Shown here: positions 50,200 through 61,038 of the stretch, piece after piece
How the letters are laid out: each line of letters begins with the position of its first letter
Numbering within the stretch: position 1 is the stretch's first letter
Assembly (NCBI GenBank): GCA_963675755.2
Contig: CAXXMD010000002.1
Location: 2,080,001 to 2,144,000, forward strand
DNA: 64,000 nucleotides
Reading direction: 5' to 3'
From: a bacterium
Lineage (GTDB): Bacteria > Zhuqueibacterota > Zhuqueibacteria > Residuimicrobiales > Krinioviventaceae
Position numbers and translations under genes: made by a program
The notes under the pieces: generated by a model
Databases searched by the model: none
Told to the model about the DNA's origin: nothing
What the model saw: the letters and a program-made list of their open reading frames with translations, nothing else

Positions 50200-50338
50200 T
50201 ATTAACTCCTATTATTAAATTTAAAATTCAATAAATTTACTTAAATTTATTTTTCAAATCAAGAAAATTTTTATTTTCCATTTAAATAACAACATTCTAA
50301 CTAGCTATTTATTCACAACTTTATTATAAAAATCATTA

Positions 50339-51388
50339 TTAAAACAATTTTTCTATAGATTCCTTAAATGGAGCTTTAAGTATTCCCTTTTCTGTTACAA
50401 TAGCTGTAATATTATTCGCTGGTGTCACATCAAATGCAGGATTATAGACCTTGACATCCTCAGGAGCAATAAAATGTCCATTAATTTTCAGTACTTCTTC
50501 ATCACTACGCTCTTCAATGGGTATTTCATTGCCACTTTTCAATTGAACATCAAAAGTTGAAAGCGGTGCAGCTACTATAAATGGAATATTGTGTTCCTTG
50601 GCCAAAATTGATAACCCATATGTACCAATCTTGTTAGCTACATCACCATTTGCAGCAATCCGGTCTGCACCTACTATTACGGCATTTACAAGTCCTTGTT
50701 TCATTACTACAGCAGCCATATTATCACATATCAATGTAGTGTCAATTTCATCTTCCATCAACTCAAATGCAGTCAATCGTGATCCTTGTAACAAGGGTCT
50801 TGTTTCATCAGCATAAACCTTGACTTTTTTGCCAACTTTAACAGCCTCTCTTACAATCCCCAATGCAGTTCCATAATCGCCGGTTGCCAATGCACCTGCG
50901 TTACAATGGGTTAAAATATTGGCACGGTTTTCAAGCAATTGTACCCCATACCGTCCGATCTGCTTACACCGTTCAATATCATCTTCAAGTAGTCGTTGTG
51001 CCTTTTTCAATAGCGCCAGTTTAGTTTCGCGCAATGACTTGTTTAGATTAGATGATAATGTCTTACGCATAGTATCCAATGCCCAGAATAAATTCTTGGC
51101 AGTAGGACGTGTAGCTTTGAGTTCATCTATAGCTTTGTTTGCAATCATTAAAAATCCGGGACGGTCAGATTCATCCAGGTTCCATACAGCCAAAACAACA
51201 CCAAATGCTGCAGCAATACCAATAGCAGGAGCACCTCTCAAACTCATATTTTTAATAGAATTAACAATACCGTGATAATCTGAAATTTCTAATAAAACTA
51301 ACTCTTCTGGCAGTTTTCTCTGGTCCAGTATCCGTACTTTTCCATCATGCCATTGTATAGATTTAACATCCTGCATAAACGATCCCAA
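50339..51388 (-). CDS. mtnA: Methylthioribose-1-phosphate isomerase
   Basis: RGAPAIG, RPTAKNL, THCNAGALAT, ETRPLLQG, GADRI and NPAFDVTP. Confidence 0.96.
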   Translation of the reverse strand: MGSFMQDVKSIQWHDGKVRILDQRKLPEELVLLEISDYHGIVNSIKNMSLRGAPAIGIAAAFGVVLAVWNLDESDRPGFLMIANKAIDELKATRPTAKNLFWALDTMRKTLSSNLNKSLRETKLALLKKAQRLLEDDIERCKQIGRYGVQLLENRANILTHCNAGALATGDYGTALGIVREAVKVGKKVKVYADETRPLLQGSRLTAFELMEDEIDTTLICDNMAAVVMKQGLVNAVIVGADRIAANGDVANKIGTYGLSILAKEHNIPFIVAAPLSTFDVQLKSGNEIPIEERSDEEVLKINGHFIAPEDVKVYNPAFDVTPANNITAIVTEKGILKAPFKESIEKLF

Positions 51389-51391
51389 TTT

Positions 51392-52684
51392 TTATAAATA
51401 ATTGTCTAGTAATTTTGAAATTTTTTCTGATGCGCCTGTATTCTGTTTGATAAAATTCAGAGCATGGGTCCCAGTTTCGCGTAACTTGTCCGGATGGTTT
51501 ATAAAATCATCCAGCAACTTTTCAAGGTCACTTTCACCTTTAATTTCCATTGCACCTTTTGCATCGATCAGGAATCTGGGCTCAACCGAAACAATGTTTC
51601 GGGGTCCAAAATAAACAGCACAACCATGTGCTGCCGGCTCGAGCACATTATGCACACCGGGGCTGAACCCACCACCTACATAAGCCAATAATCCTAATGC
51701 ATATAAATTGGCAAGTAAACCAATCCGATCTATAATTAAAAAACGAAAATCCCTCTGTTCAGGATTTTCCTCCAATTGCGACAATCTAATAAAGGGTATA
51801 TCATGAGTCTTGAACAATCCCTCTATTAACGCAATATGCTCGGCTGTGGTTTCATGAGGCGCGAGTATAAATCTAAATTCAGGATCTGATTTTAATACCT
51901 TTACAGTTGCCGGAATCCACAACTTGTCATCAGTTGGCCATGTACTTCCAATTATACATGTCTTTTCATGTATAAAATATTTCTCATCTATTAACCACTG
52001 AATTTTATCAAGTTGACGACTCCGTTGAAGCACCCTGTCATATCGTGTATCACCAAAATATTCTATATTGTTTCTATCAGGATACAACATTTCAAATCTC
52101 TCAGAACTCTTGTCTGATACCGTTAAAATTTTGGTAAAACCTGCAAGAACAGTTCGAAACGGGACTCTGAACCTGTTGTACATTTTTTCATTCTTGTCAG
52201 TAATACTTGCATCGATGAGGAATGAAGGTATTCTTTTTTTACGTATTAGCCAGTGAATATTGGGCCATATATCATGACGTACAATAATAACAACTGCGGG
52301 TTTTACAATTTTTAAAAATCTTTTTACATGAAACCAACCGTCAATAGGCATATAGGTTATAACAACGCGAGGATGCTGAAATTTTATATTTGTAAAAGCG
52401 GATGGAGAAAAAACGGATAAAATGACAATTGCATCTTTGAAACGTCCCAGTACTTCTTCTATTACCGGCATACCTTGCTCAAATTCACCCATTGAGGCAA
52501 CGTGTATCCAAACGCGTTGTTGAACATTTTCGAATTCTGACAGATTCTGCTCTAGTCTTTTAAATAATCCTATCCTACCCAGGATACCCTTGCGTATTTT
52601 AGGATTAAATAAAATGGCAATATGTACAAGAATAAAAAATAGTGGTATGAATAAGAAATTATAAATCAAAAAAAAAGGTGTCAT
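51392..52684 (-). CDS. waaA: 3-deoxy-D-manno-octulosonic-acid transferase
   Basis: WIHVASMGE, GDTRYD, GSTW and YVGGGF..VHNVLEPA. Confidence 0.9.
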   Translation of the reverse strand: MTPFFLIYNFLFIPLFFILVHIAILFNPKIRKGILGRIGLFKRLEQNLSEFENVQQRVWIHVASMGEFEQGMPVIEEVLGRFKDAIVILSVFSPSAFTNIKFQHPRVVITYMPIDGWFHVKRFLKIVKPAVVIIVRHDIWPNIHWLIRKKRIPSFLIDASITDKNEKMYNRFRVPFRTVLAGFTKILTVSDKSSERFEMLYPDRNNIEYFGDTRYDRVLQRSRQLDKIQWLIDEKYFIHEKTCIIGSTWPTDDKLWIPATVKVLKSDPEFRFILAPHETTAEHIALIEGLFKTHDIPFIRLSQLEENPEQRDFRFLIIDRIGLLANLYALGLLAYVGGGFSPGVHNVLEPAAHGCAVYFGPRNIVSVEPRFLIDAKGAMEIKGESDLEKLLDDFINHPDKLRETGTHALNFIKQNTGASEKISKLLDNYL

Positions 52685-52692
52685 ATGCGGAC

Positions 52693-53217
52693 TTATTGTA
52701 ATGCTCTATAAGATTTTAAGGATTCATAATCAGAACCAATAATCAGGGTTATGTCTGATTCGACTTCGTCATTTTGTATGCGATAAACCATTTCAGATGA
52801 CACACCAATTAAATCCTGAAATTTATCAATATATTTTCGTTCTTTGCGTTCACGGTTGATGATGACTGTTTTTTCATAATCCCAGTTTGGGGCATTTCCA
52901 ACATCAACAACTTTGTATTTTTTACGTTCAAGCAACTCTGCAAATTCATTTGCAATACCACTCACACCACATCCATTCAATATCTGCACTTTAATAGGAT
53001 CATCAATGGTAAAATCAGATGTAACGGTAGGGGTTTGCTCTGGAGTAACCAGTTTGTGCACAAATGAGGAGATTAAAACCGCATTTACTACAACCAGCGC
53101 CCAAATAAAGAAAAGATTAAAATTCTGTTTTACAGATAATAATAAAGTGTTAGAAGATTTTTTCTTGCTGGATGTATTCCGTTTTACCGGCTTGCGTTGC
53201 TTTTTTCGAGTGCTCAA
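52693..53217 (-). CDS. LytR C-terminal domain membrane protein
   Basis: TM segment followed by VQILNGCGVSGIA...VGNA...ITLIIGSDY. Confidence 0.85.
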   Translation of the reverse strand: MSTRKKQRKPVKRNTSSKKKSSNTLLLSVKQNFNLFFIWALVVVNAVLISSFVHKLVTPEQTPTVTSDFTIDDPIKVQILNGCGVSGIANEFAELLERKKYKVVDVGNAPNWDYEKTVIINRERKERKYIDKFQDLIGVSSEMVYRIQNDEVESDITLIIGSDYESLKSYRALQ

Positions 53218-53264
53218 ATTGTCTTCCCTTTATTTTTCTGTCAGCAACAATGCTGCTTTCTTTT

Positions 53265-53726
53265 CTACCAGCGATCAAATCGATTGTAATAATAACTTCC
53301 ATAAGGAATCTGGCGGTATTCAAGATCAATTACCATATTCTTGGTGGGTTCATAACGCAAACGTGCACCAGATACAAATGGCCCGCTCTGCAGCATGGAT
53401 AAATTCTCATTATTGCCAAAGGGTTGATGAGAAATTCCCCATTGAAAAGATACGGTAAGGGGCATTTTAAAATGATATGTAAGTGTATTCAAATAGGTAC
53501 TTTGCGTAATTCCCTGGCCTCCAAAAGAGCTATACCCCATCTGATAAGAATGTTGTATATCCAATTGAGAAGGATCAAGACCCAGGATACCCATTGTACT
53601 TGAACCGAGTTTTGCAGTTGTATTCAACAATGTACTGATACTGATCGGTTCATCTAATGGCTTGAACTGACCAAAAGCTACCAGAGGCAGTAAAATCAAG
53701 AATATCAGATTTGTTCGTTTCATCAT
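53265..53726 (-). CDS. Hypothetical secreted protein
   Basis: Signal peptide, beta-strand-rich, co-oriented with its neighbours. Confidence 0.75.
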   Translation of the reverse strand: MMKRTNLIFLILLPLVAFGQFKPLDEPISISTLLNTTAKLGSSTMGILGLDPSQLDIQHSYQMGYSSFGGQGITQSTYLNTLTYHFKMPLTVSFQWGISHQPFGNNENLSMLQSGPFVSGARLRYEPTKNMVIDLEYRQIPYGSYYYNRFDRW

Positions 53727-53814
53727 ATCAGTTTACCAGTATTGTTTAATTGCATTACACAAAATTAAAAAAAAATGTCATAATGTCAACAGATATTTAC
53801 AGGTGACAAAAATT

Positions 53815-54654
53815 TCACACCGCTATAAAACAGTTATCAATCAGGCGTGTAGTACTGATATAAACAGCAAGCATTACATTGATATTTCCAGTGATTGTTG
53901 TTATCGGTTTTAAATTCTCAGAATCAACTATCTCTACATAATCAATGCGTGCATGCTCTGCAGTGCCAATATGCGCTTTTAACTTTTTTAAAAGCGTTTC
54001 AACATCCCTCTCACCCTCTTTAACCGCGTTTTTTGCAATGTCCAATGCCTGGTTCAAAACCAGGGCTTCTTTACGCTCTACAGGTGACAAGTATTTATTT
54101 CTTGAACTCATGGCCAACCCATCCGGTTCCCGAACAATTGGCGCCAGAACAATTTCAACATCCATGTTCAGGTCCTGTACCATTTTTTCGATAATACGGG
54201 CCTGCTGAAAATCTTTTTGTCCAAATACTGCAAGGTGGGGTTTTACAATATTGAACAGTTTTGTTACAACTGTTGTAACCCCATCAAAATGCCAGGGACG
54301 AGAAGCGCCGCAAAGTCCTTCTGTCAATTCTTTAACATGAACTATTGTTACCGGCTTAATATACATCTCATCATCTGTGGGCACAAACAAAACATCCGTA
54401 CCATTCTCATATGCCATTTTTTTATCATGTTCCAGATCACGGGGATAACTGGCATAATCTTCTTTAGGACCAAACTGTGTGGGATTCACGTAAATACTGG
54501 TTACAACACAATCAGATTTTTCAGCAGCTATGCGCATGAGCGATGTATGCCCGTCATGCAGATATCCCATTGTAGGAACAAGCGCAATAGTTTTTCCCGC
54601 ACGTCTCCATTCATCAGCTTGACGCTGCATCTCTTTAACTGATTGGATGATCAT
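53815..54654 (-). CDS. panC: Pantoate-beta-alanine ligase
   Basis: VPTMGYLHDGH, FGQKDFQQ, DGLAMSSRN and RLIDN. Confidence 0.97.
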   Translation of the reverse strand: MIIQSVKEMQRQADEWRRAGKTIALVPTMGYLHDGHTSLMRIAAEKSDCVVTSIYVNPTQFGPKEDYASYPRDLEHDKKMAYENGTDVLFVPTDDEMYIKPVTIVHVKELTEGLCGASRPWHFDGVTTVVTKLFNIVKPHLAVFGQKDFQQARIIEKMVQDLNMDVEIVLAPIVREPDGLAMSSRNKYLSPVERKEALVLNQALDIAKNAVKEGERDVETLLKKLKAHIGTAEHARIDYVEIVDSENLKPITTITGNINVMLAVYISTTRLIDNCFIAV

Positions 54655-54660
54655 TTAAAA

Positions 54661-55479
54661 TTAAAAACTCTCTTTATCTGACGGAAAATCGCTTCGCTTA
54701 ATGTCTTCCGAATATTCTGAACATGCTTTTCGGATTGCCTGACCAATTTCCGCATAACGACGTACAAATTTAGGTTTAAATTTTTCATACATCCCCAGCA
54801 TATCGTGGGTAACCAGAATCTGACCATCACAATGCGGTCCGGCTCCTATCCCGATTGTAGGGATTTGCAAAGCTTCAGTCACCTGTTTTGCAAGTTCAGC
54901 AGGGATCTTTTCAAGAACCAGCGAAAAAATACCGGCATCCTGTAAAGCTGTAGCATCCGATAAAAGTTTTTCCGCATCAATAGCAGATGTAGCTTGTAAT
55001 CCGTATCCGCCCAACTGGTGAACAGATTGCGGACGAAGCCCCAAATGCCCCATAACCGGCATTCCGCATGTAACCATTCGGTGTACGGTTTCGGCAATTT
55101 CTTTACCGCCTTCAACCTTGACAGCTTCTACATTAGCTTCTTTGAAAAAACGTCCTGCGTTTTTCAATGCCTCTTCAACAGATACCTGGTAAGACATAAA
55201 GGGCATATCCGTTACAAATAACGCCCTTTCTATTCCTCTGCTAACCGCTTTACAATGGTACAGCGCTTCATCCATAGTTAGAGGTAACGTATTTTTATTG
55301 CCGCCAAAAACCATCGATCCGGAATCACCAACAAGAATCAGATCAATTCCTGCCTGGTCTAACAAGCTTGCTAATAGAAAATCATAGGCTGTTAATGCAG
55401 AAATCCGCTCACCACGGGATTTCATAGCGATCAGTGAAGGTACGGTGACTTTTTTTGTTTCAGGTGTATGACTACTCAT
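54661..55479 (-). CDS. panB: 3-methyl-2-oxobutanoate hydroxymethyltransferase
   Basis: LTAYD, LVGDS, DMPFMSY, VKVEGG and TIGIGAG..CDGQ. Confidence 0.97.
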   Translation of the reverse strand: MSSHTPETKKVTVPSLIAMKSRGERISALTAYDFLLASLLDQAGIDLILVGDSGSMVFGGNKNTLPLTMDEALYHCKAVSRGIERALFVTDMPFMSYQVSVEEALKNAGRFFKEANVEAVKVEGGKEIAETVHRMVTCGMPVMGHLGLRPQSVHQLGGYGLQATSAIDAEKLLSDATALQDAGIFSLVLEKIPAELAKQVTEALQIPTIGIGAGPHCDGQILVTHDMLGMYEKFKPKFVRRYAEIGQAIRKACSEYSEDIKRSDFPSDKESF

Positions 55480-55497
55480 AGATTTGAAATATCTTTA

Positions 55498-56421
55498 TTA
55501 AAAATGACCGGATAATGTAAAACGATTCAGACTCCCCAAAACTCCCATTGAAGAATAGGAATAATCAATATTAAAGCTGGAAAAGATCAAACCAAATCCA
55601 ACTGCACCACCAGCAAACGTATCATTTGAAGAATCTACATGCATTTTGCGGCCAACCAGATCATAACCCAATCTGAACAGCAACCGTTCGGAAAGTGTAA
55701 ATTCACCGCCAACAATACCCTGAAAAGATTCGTCAGAATACTTGTAAACATTCACATTTAATAAAAGAGGTAAGTGTGCCAGTCTTTTTGAAAATCCTGC
55801 ACGGAGGTTCATTGGCAGGTCGTCTTTGGTCTCAACAAAAGCAGAGACAGCCTGACCAACATTAAAAAATCCAGCGGCAAATGTTAAATTCTGTGAAGGA
55901 ATGGTATACATAATTCCACCGTCAACTGCAACCGCATCGGCAGAATAATTATCAATAGTGGCGTGAATATATTTACCGGTAAAACCGACAGAAAGATTAT
56001 CCATCACTTTTATTGCATATGTAGCATTAAAAGCAACATTATTTACCCCAAATGATCCCAAAGATTCACCGGTTTGGTCTAATTTTTCAAAGTCACCATA
56101 ATTTTTATATAACACACTGAGACCAACGCTGCCACCCCACAAGTTGGGTTGTACCATGCCGATAAATCCTGTAGAAAAATCCATTATATCATCAGCATAG
56201 GTTGCAGTACCCGCACGGCTGTCAATGGTAGTTATTCCGGCAGGATTATAATGCAGCGCGTTTACATCACCGGTTACGGCCACAAATGCACCGCCCATTG
56301 CCGATGGACGAGCGCCAACATTAGACTTTAGAAACTGAAATCCCGTTGTTCCCGGAGAATATGCAAAAAGAAATGAATAAAGTAGCAGATTCAAAAAAAC
56401 TGCAAAACCTAATCTCTTCAT
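55498..56421 (-). CDS. PorV/PorQ-family outer-membrane beta-barrel
   Basis: GFQFL..GARPSAMGGAF.A...DVNALHYNPAG and a C-terminal Phe. Confidence 0.85.
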   Translation of the reverse strand: MKRLGFAVFLNLLLYSFLFAYSPGTTGFQFLKSNVGARPSAMGGAFVAVTGDVNALHYNPAGITTIDSRAGTATYADDIMDFSTGFIGMVQPNLWGGSVGLSVLYKNYGDFEKLDQTGESLGSFGVNNVAFNATYAIKVMDNLSVGFTGKYIHATIDNYSADAVAVDGGIMYTIPSQNLTFAAGFFNVGQAVSAFVETKDDLPMNLRAGFSKRLAHLPLLLNVNVYKYSDESFQGIVGGEFTLSERLLFRLGYDLVGRKMHVDSSNDTFAGGAVGFGLIFSSFNIDYSYSSMGVLGSLNRFTLSGHF

Positions 56422-56457
56422 AATTTCACCTGTTCAGGTTGATATGTAAAAAAAAAG

Positions 56458-56530
56458 AGCCACCTGTCGGAATCGAACCGACAACCTGCTCATTACGAAT
56501 GAGCTGCTCTACCGACTGAGCTAAGGTGGC
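56458..56530 (-). tRNA. tRNA-Thr(CGT)
   Basis: GCCACCTTAGCTCAGTCGGTAGAGCAGCTCATTCGTAATGAGCAGGTTGTCGGTTCGATTCCGACAGGTGGCT folds as a cloverleaf with anticodon CGT. CCA is not encoded. Confidence 0.96.
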
Positions 56531-56586
56531 TTTTCAGACAATAAATTTAATTATATTCTTACAGAGAAGCAAGAAAAAATAAATAC

Positions 56587-56955
56587 TTATTGCATATTTT
56601 CAAGCCCTGTCGGTTCCTTGGCGGCATCACTTGCCATTTCATAAACCATTAATCCTGTTATAACAATGGCTGCTGCAATAACAAGCGCAATAAAAGTTAC
56701 GCTGCCTACCATAACAAAAAAATCAATAAACTTGTTTGGGTGTTCACGTTTATGATAACTTTCTATGATAATATCGTAAAACATTTTACCAATAAATAAA
56801 ATGAACAGCAGAATACCCAGCATGATGCGATAAAAACTCATTCGACTTGTTGCGCCCTGAGTAATTGGCCACACCAACCAGAATGCCAGCGCCCATTTAC
56901 CGATTTCTTTAACTATTAAAGTAATTTTTTTACGATTTTGTTCCATCAAAATCAC
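56587..56955 (-). CDS. Hypothetical membrane protein
   Basis: Three hydrophobic segments, directly downstream of yraN. Confidence 0.7.
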   Translation of the reverse strand: MILMEQNRKKITLIVKEIGKWALAFWLVWPITQGATSRMSFYRIMLGILLFILFIGKMFYDIIIESYHKREHPNKFIDFFVMVGSVTFIALVIAAAIVITGLMVYEMASDAAKEPTGLENMQ

Positions 56956-56961
56956 TCTTTA

Positions 56962-57336
56962 TTAAAAAACAGCCCAAAACGCGTTAGGGATATGTTTGAT
57001 ACGCATCTGATTCTGCTTGTACATGACTGCTACAACATCATACCTACAGCTTGTATCTTCTATTTCTTTACGATACATATAGTCTTCAGATGTTGCACAT
57101 ATTCGCTGCTGTTTCCTCTCATCCACCCAGGTTTCTGGCTCACCGAACTGAACTCCATTACTGGTTTTTACTTCAACAAAAACCAGTACATCCTCATCCC
57201 AGGCAATAATATCGATCTCGCCCTCTCGGGTTTTGAAATTTCTATCGACTATCCTGAATCCCTGCTTTTCAAGATATCGAACAGCCTCATCTTCTCCTTT
57301 TCTGCCGGTTTTGACCTTATGCATAGAATTTTTCAT
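56962..57336 (-). CDS. yraN: YraN/UPF0102 family endonuclease-like protein
   Basis: GRKGED.A..YL, GEIDII, LVFVEVK and RYDVV. Confidence 0.93.
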   Translation of the reverse strand: MKNSMHKVKTGRKGEDEAVRYLEKQGFRIVDRNFKTREGEIDIIAWDEDVLVFVEVKTSNGVQFGEPETWVDERKQQRICATSEDYMYRKEIEDTSCRYDVVAVMYKQNQMRIKHIPNAFWAVF

Positions 57337-57940
57337 GCAAATCCTCTAATGCTTTGGGACGAAAAGAACGACGGTGAATGGGGCACAAACCATGGTCACG
57401 TATAGCTTTAATATGCATTCGGGTCGGATATCCTTTGTGTTGAGCAAATCCATATTCAGGGTACTTGACATCATACTCGATCATCATTCGGTCACGCGTC
57501 ACTTTGGCGAGTATTGACGCTGCGGCAATAGACATAGACAGTGAATCACCTTTGACAATACATCGGTGCGGCATGTCAAATTTCGGGCCCCGTTTACCAT
57601 CAATTAGCAGAAAATCCTTCATACTCAATTCATCTGCCGCCTGCATCATCCCTTTATAGGTAGCGCCGAGTATATTCAACTCGTCAATCTCTTTATGATC
57701 AATGACTATAATAGCTGTTTCACTGGCATGCTCCAAGATCATATCATACATTAAATCACGTTGACGGGCGGATAGCTTTTTTGAATCTATAATACCTTCA
57801 ATTGATGTCTGATTTTTCTCAAATACAACTGCCGCCGTCACCACAGGACCCGCAAGTGGCCCCCTACCCGCCTCATCAATACCTGCAACATATGTATATT
57901 CCTGTTGCCAGCATTCACGCTCAAACCCTAATAAATCCAT
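57317..57940 (-). CDS. rnhB: Ribonuclease HII
   Basis: GIDEAGRGPLAGPV, DSKKL, IAAASILAKVTRD and HKGYPT. Confidence 0.97.
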   Translation of the reverse strand: MDLLGFERECWQQEYTYVAGIDEAGRGPLAGPVVTAAVVFEKNQTSIEGIIDSKKLSARQRDLMYDMILEHASETAIIVIDHKEIDELNILGATYKGMMQAADELSMKDFLLIDGKRGPKFDMPHRCIVKGDSLSMSIAAASILAKVTRDRMMIEYDVKYPEYGFAQHKGYPTRMHIKAIRDHGLCPIHRRSFRPKALEDLHEKFYA

Positions 57941-57991
57941 ACGTAATAGTCAACTCCTTGTTTCAACCGCACTTAAAATAGTCACATACTG

Positions 57992-60409
57992 TTACAAATG
58001 CAAGCGAAACCCCTTCCAATCAATGAGCTCAAACATGGAACCATCGGTTTCAATTACAACAGCACCATCAAGATCTGTTCGTAATAGCCGGGTACTCCGG
58101 TCTTGAATTTCCATCATCAGGGAATCAGACGGCAGCCCGAACCTGTTTCGCTGCCCCACGGAAACAATCGCAAACTGTGGTGACGTTTTATCTAACAATG
58201 CCTCACCGGTTGCCGTATCACTACCGTGATGACCGATTTTCAGCACATCACATTTCAACAAATTTCCATATTGTAAATATTGAATCTCGGATTCCTTTTC
58301 AGCATCCCCTGTCATGAGAAACTTGAAATTGCCCCACGGAATCAGCAATACCAGCGATGCATTATTCAACTCTGCAGGATGCTCATTCACATAACCGATC
58401 ATCCCACTATCCGGATGCAGTACCATTGCTTTCCCATATTTCCCACATTCGATGATATCCCCAGCAAAAGGATTGGTCCTTTCAACGTTTAGCGATCTTG
58501 CCAGACTGTCAAGCTGGATTTTTAAAGCATTGATCGTATCGCTTGTTGCAGGCCAAACCAGGCTTTTCACATCTAAATTCCGGATCAGGAACGGTGCGCC
58601 TCCGCAATGATCGGAATGTGTGTGTGTAACCACCAACACGTCCAGGGTCTGTATTCCGTTTTGCCGCAGGTATGGGGCAACTATCTGTTCTCCGCAATCA
58701 AAGTATTCCGTTTTCTCACCACAATCAATCAACATCGTGGACCCATCCGGATACTCGAATAAAGCGGCATCCCCCTGTCCCACATCAAAAAAGGTCACCT
58801 TTAATTTATCTTGAGTAAATACAGGCTTCCAGACATTGATAGTAATCAAAACCAGGATTCCAAACACCAATCCTTTGAATACCTGCTTTCTGTTAAAAGC
58901 AGCAGCTAAAACAGATGCCAGCATGGCAAAATAGATCAAAATCCACAACAGCGATGGCCGAGCGGTCTGCAACCCCGCAAAAGGCAGGACACTGCTCCAT
59001 TCAACAATCCATATCATAACCCTTAACAGCCAACCATCCAGCCAAAGGATTAGCACACCCAATGGCTGAAACAATGCAGCGATGATTACACCCACAAAAC
59101 CGGCAGAAACAACAACCATTGTCAGGGGAACAATCAGCAAATTTAACAACAAGGATACAACAGGCACCCGCCCAAAATACCAGGCTGTGAGGGGTAATGT
59201 TGCCAGTTGTGCCGCAAGTGACACAAGAAACAACCTTATCACATTGATCAAAAACCGGTGGTCCTGCTCATAAAGTTGGGTAATTACAGGCTTTAACCAT
59301 CGTGAAAAAGCGCCATACAACAAAACAATCCCCAATACAGCAGTACAGCTCAATTGAAATCCCACCTGAAACAGATCAAGCGGATTCAACAGCAGGATTA
59401 TCATCATTGCAATGGATAAGGTATTAACTGCTGTTGCACGGCGATGAAGCATTTTACCCACTGTATAGGTTCCCGCCATTATTGCCGCGCGCACAACAGG
59501 AGGATGGCTACCGGTCAGCAAAACAAAAAAGTACAGTCCCGCAAGCGTAAGCATTCCCTTGTACCCCGGACTCACGCCCAGTGTTTTAAAAATAAAATTT
59601 AAACCGATCAATATAAACCCCACATGCAAGCCCGATACTGCCAACACATGGATCACCCCCACATTTGCAAAAGCATTGTACAACTCGGTATGAATGTCCT
59701 CCCGTGCCCCCACCAGTAATCCCTTTAACAAGGCTGCCGGTTGCCTTGTCAAACTCTTGTTTACAACATCAAGAACAAACCGCCGTACAGGATAAACCCC
59801 TGCTTGAAGCAACATTTTTCCCTTATTTTCTGCAAGCACCTGCAACATCACATCCGATTCCATAGACATGATTGCATGGATTCCATTTGCCGCTAAATAT
59901 GAACGATAATCAAACCCGCCAGGATTCCTCAATCCCGGTGGTGCGCGCAGATTGCCTTTGCATACAATATGGTCTCCGTATTTCAGCGTTTTGCTCATAT
60001 TATAAATCGTCACTTTTATGTTCCCTGAACATGCAGTAACGTTATAATCAATCCAGATGCTGTCACTCTTGAGGGAAAAAGTTGTCTTTTCCTTCGTGTA
60101 TACGACCGGACCGCAAACAGTACCTTCTATAGCTACCGGTTCTTCCGGGAATGCAATGTATCCAATATGAGTTTGAGGAAACCGATTGCTCTGTTCCATT
60201 CTCACCCAGCCCAATGCAACAAGCGCCAATTGGACCAACACGAAAAATATTATATATTTATAGAACCTGTAAGCAATAATCAAAAAGAAAAAGAGTAAAA
60301 GAATTGTAATATATAGACATACTATACCCACCTGGATATATTTGCCAATAATTATCCCCAATATGATTGGAACGATTGTTAATAGTGCGGGCGGTAATTG
60401 TGTTTTCAA
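57992..60409 (-). CDS. comEC: Competence protein ComEC/Rec2
   Basis: RNPGGFDY, HVLAVSGLHVG, GFQLS, DVGQGDA, THTHSDH and GHHGS. Confidence 0.95.
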   Translation of the reverse strand: MKTQLPPALLTIVPIILGIIIGKYIQVGIVCLYITILLLFFFLIIAYRFYKYIIFFVLVQLALVALGWVRMEQSNRFPQTHIGYIAFPEEPVAIEGTVCGPVVYTKEKTTFSLKSDSIWIDYNVTACSGNIKVTIYNMSKTLKYGDHIVCKGNLRAPPGLRNPGGFDYRSYLAANGIHAIMSMESDVMLQVLAENKGKMLLQAGVYPVRRFVLDVVNKSLTRQPAALLKGLLVGAREDIHTELYNAFANVGVIHVLAVSGLHVGFILIGLNFIFKTLGVSPGYKGMLTLAGLYFFVLLTGSHPPVVRAAIMAGTYTVGKMLHRRATAVNTLSIAMMIILLLNPLDLFQVGFQLSCTAVLGIVLLYGAFSRWLKPVITQLYEQDHRFLINVIRLFLVSLAAQLATLPLTAWYFGRVPVVSLLLNLLIVPLTMVVVSAGFVGVIIAALFQPLGVLILWLDGWLLRVMIWIVEWSSVLPFAGLQTARPSLLWILIYFAMLASVLAAAFNRKQVFKGLVFGILVLITINVWKPVFTQDKLKVTFFDVGQGDAALFEYPDGSTMLIDCGEKTEYFDCGEQIVAPYLRQNGIQTLDVLVVTHTHSDHCGGAPFLIRNLDVKSLVWPATSDTINALKIQLDSLARSLNVERTNPFAGDIIECGKYGKAMVLHPDSGMIGYVNEHPAELNNASLVLLIPWGNFKFLMTGDAEKESEIQYLQYGNLLKCDVLKIGHHGSDTATGEALLDKTSPQFAIVSVGQRNRFGLPSDSLMMEIQDRSTRLLRTDLDGAVVIETDGSMFELIDWKGFRLHL

Positions 60410-61029
60410 TGTAAAATCGTTTTGCTTTTCTCTATCAGCTTTTGGTTCAACGTTTTTACTTCTTCCCTCAGTAAATCAAGATCACCTGAATTATCTATAG
60501 TCATATCCGCGAGCTTGATCTTTTCTTCCTGCGAAAACTGTGCATTGGTCATCTGCTTTGCTTTTTCCGGACTGACCTTGTGACGTTCGCATAATCGCTC
60601 AAGACGTGTTTCCAAAGGAGCGGTTACAGTAACAACAAAATCGGTTTCACAATGCAGACGCAATTCAGTCAACAACGCAGCATCTATAACCACAAAGGTC
60701 ACATCCCGATAATGGTTACAATGAGAAATCATGGTGCGGACACGGTTAATCATAACAGGATGGACGATTTTATTCAGTGCTTGCTTTTGCGCTTCATCAG
60801 CAAATATAATATCACCCAGTTTTTTTCTGTCAACCTGACCATCTTCCAGGAACACAGAATCCCCAAAATGTTCTCTTAGACGCTGACGTGCAAGCAGACT
60901 ATTATCAAGCACCCACTTGCCTGCTTTATCTACATCCACAATGCAAGCGCCTTGCAATTTCAGCAACTTTGCTACTGTTGTTTTTCCGCTTCCCGGACTT
61001 CCGGTTATGCCAACAACAAACTGTCTCAT
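60406..61029 (-). CDS. coaE: Dephospho-CoA kinase
   Basis: GITGSPGSGKTT, VDRKKLG and LNKIVHP. Confidence 0.93.
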   Translation of the reverse strand: MRQFVVGITGSPGSGKTTVAKLLKLQGACIVDVDKAGKWVLDNSLLARQRLREHFGDSVFLEDGQVDRKKLGDIIFADEAQKQALNKIVHPVMINRVRTMISHCNHYRDVTFVVIDAALLTELRLHCETDFVVTVTAPLETRLERLCERHKVSPEKAKQMTNAQFSQEEKIKLADMTIDNSGDLDLLREEVKTLNQKLIEKSKTILH

Positions 61030-61038
61030 TTTTTCGCC

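Noticed and set aside
56458-56530. tRNA-Thr as an island integration site
   Set aside because: No integrase or duplicated tRNA 3' end is visible, and the flanking genes are not mobile-element genes.
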